A stretch of DNA of 64,000 bases from Felis catus (taxonomy: Eukaryota). The stretch spans positions 14,510,001 to 14,574,000 of the forward strand of contig NC_058383.1 of assembly GCF_018350175.1 (NCBI RefSeq). Direction: 5' to 3'. The notes beneath the pieces were generated by a model. That model did no database searches, was not told where the DNA came from, and worked only from the letters and a program-made list of their open reading frames with translations. This document shows, piece after piece, positions 62,781 through 64,000 of the stretch. Within the stretch, counting starts at the first letter, position 1, and every line of letters begins with the position of its first letter. The translations under genes and the position numbers were made by a program.

Positions 62781-63506
62781 GGTTATCTTTGAAAGAACAT
62801 AGACACTAGGTATTGGGTAGTCATGAAGTGGGGCCTACTCCCGTCAGCACAAATGGGGATCTTTTTACAGATTTCAGTGTTCTTTCCCCAAAGAGGGCCC
62901 AGCTGATGGCTCTTGCAAGCACGCTTCCAGCTCGAATTAATCGGCTGCCTGTTGACGGGGGCTCCCCACACTGCCCGAGCACAGAGAGCCAAGTTGAGGA
63001 ACTAAGGAAGCCAAACAGGGATCATTGGTGCTGCCGATGGTAACACAACACGAGACTGTCAGACCCGGCTAGCGCTTATCGTCATCCATAATAGAGGCTT
63101 CATAAAACACCAAGATCAAACATCATCTCGTTCACTCTTTCGTTGGATGCCCCCTTACCTTAAGCACTTAGTAACAGCTTGTTCTAGGGCAGAAAACTCA
63201 TTCTGATGGTGAGCCAAGCCAAGGCCACTTCTCAGTAACCTCCTCCCACAGCCCACCCTTGGAGCTCTGACACGATCAACTGTCCGTTACAATCCACAGT
63301 GTGCCTTAAAGCCAGTGCCCTACCTTGAAGTTTTAACAGGGCCTGTTATAGCTGAGAGAAAAACAGCCTGTATTCCAGTTGTATCTGTGGACAGAGTTCA
63401 CTTCTGCCATCCAGCGAAATGGTTAACTTTCTTGGCTAGGGAAGCCGTCTCCCCTTTGCCGCAGGATTAGGTACATGTTGTGGAAAAATGTTCATCTACT
63501 GTTTCT

Positions 63507-63702
63507 TTCTTTTTTTAATGTTTATTTACATTTATTTTTGAGAGAGAGAGCAAGGAAGGGGCAGAGACAGAGAATCCCAAGCGAGCTCCCTGCCGCGAGA
63601 GCGGAGCCCGACGCGGGGCTCAAACTCACAAACCACAGGATGGCGATCTGAGCTGAAATCAAGAGTCAGATGCTCAGTGAACTGAGCCACCCAGGAGCCC
63701 CC
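63507..63702 (-). mobile_element. Carnivore SINE
   Basis: TSD tcatctactgtttct (63492-63506) / tcatcgactgtttct (63703-63717). Confidence 0.92.
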
Positions 63703-64000
63703 TCATCGACTGTTTCTAAAGAAAATTAATGGACGGAATCCTTCTCAAGAAAAAAAAGAAAAAAGATTCTCACAGACCCTCAGGGTTGACCTAATTTATT
63801 TTGTACCGCAGTGTTTCTCAAATATGTATGAACATAAAATGGCTTTTGCTCATAGCTCCATTACTGCTATAAAATAAAATAAATTTACAAGTCGATACAA
63901 ACGAATCTACAGAGTCAATAAAACTTAACGTTAGCATTCATTCAACCTGGTGGCGGCCTGGCCTGTTGACGCTAAGTTGCGGCTGCTTCGACTGCGGTGA

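Overview
This is mammalian genomic DNA from a felid, judged from the many carnivore tRNA-derived SINEs of the Felis SINEC_Fc type. It holds the last five coding exons of GALNT17 (WBSCR17, polypeptide N-acetylgalactosaminyltransferase 17) on the + strand: 21893-22078, 24362-24499, 32478-32573, 56798-56965 and 57706-57834 (TAG). All have canonical AG/GT boundaries in phase 0 and together encode the end of the catalytic domain and the ricin-type lectin domain. The 3' UTR probably ends just after AATAAA at 59271. The rest is intron or 3' flank containing SINEs, L1 and L2 relics, MaLR and ERV1 LTRs, hAT-type MITEs, microsatellites and several repeat-free blocks that could be conserved non-coding elements. 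Nearly all entries in the ORF track are spurious. I found no convincing new multi-gene system. The most interesting observations concern splicing (an exon that starts with a donor-like motif, an in-frame competing donor, a 161-nt AG-free zone) and well-preserved nested or inverted retroelement insertions. Repeat family names are from recall of consensus sequences, not from a database search.
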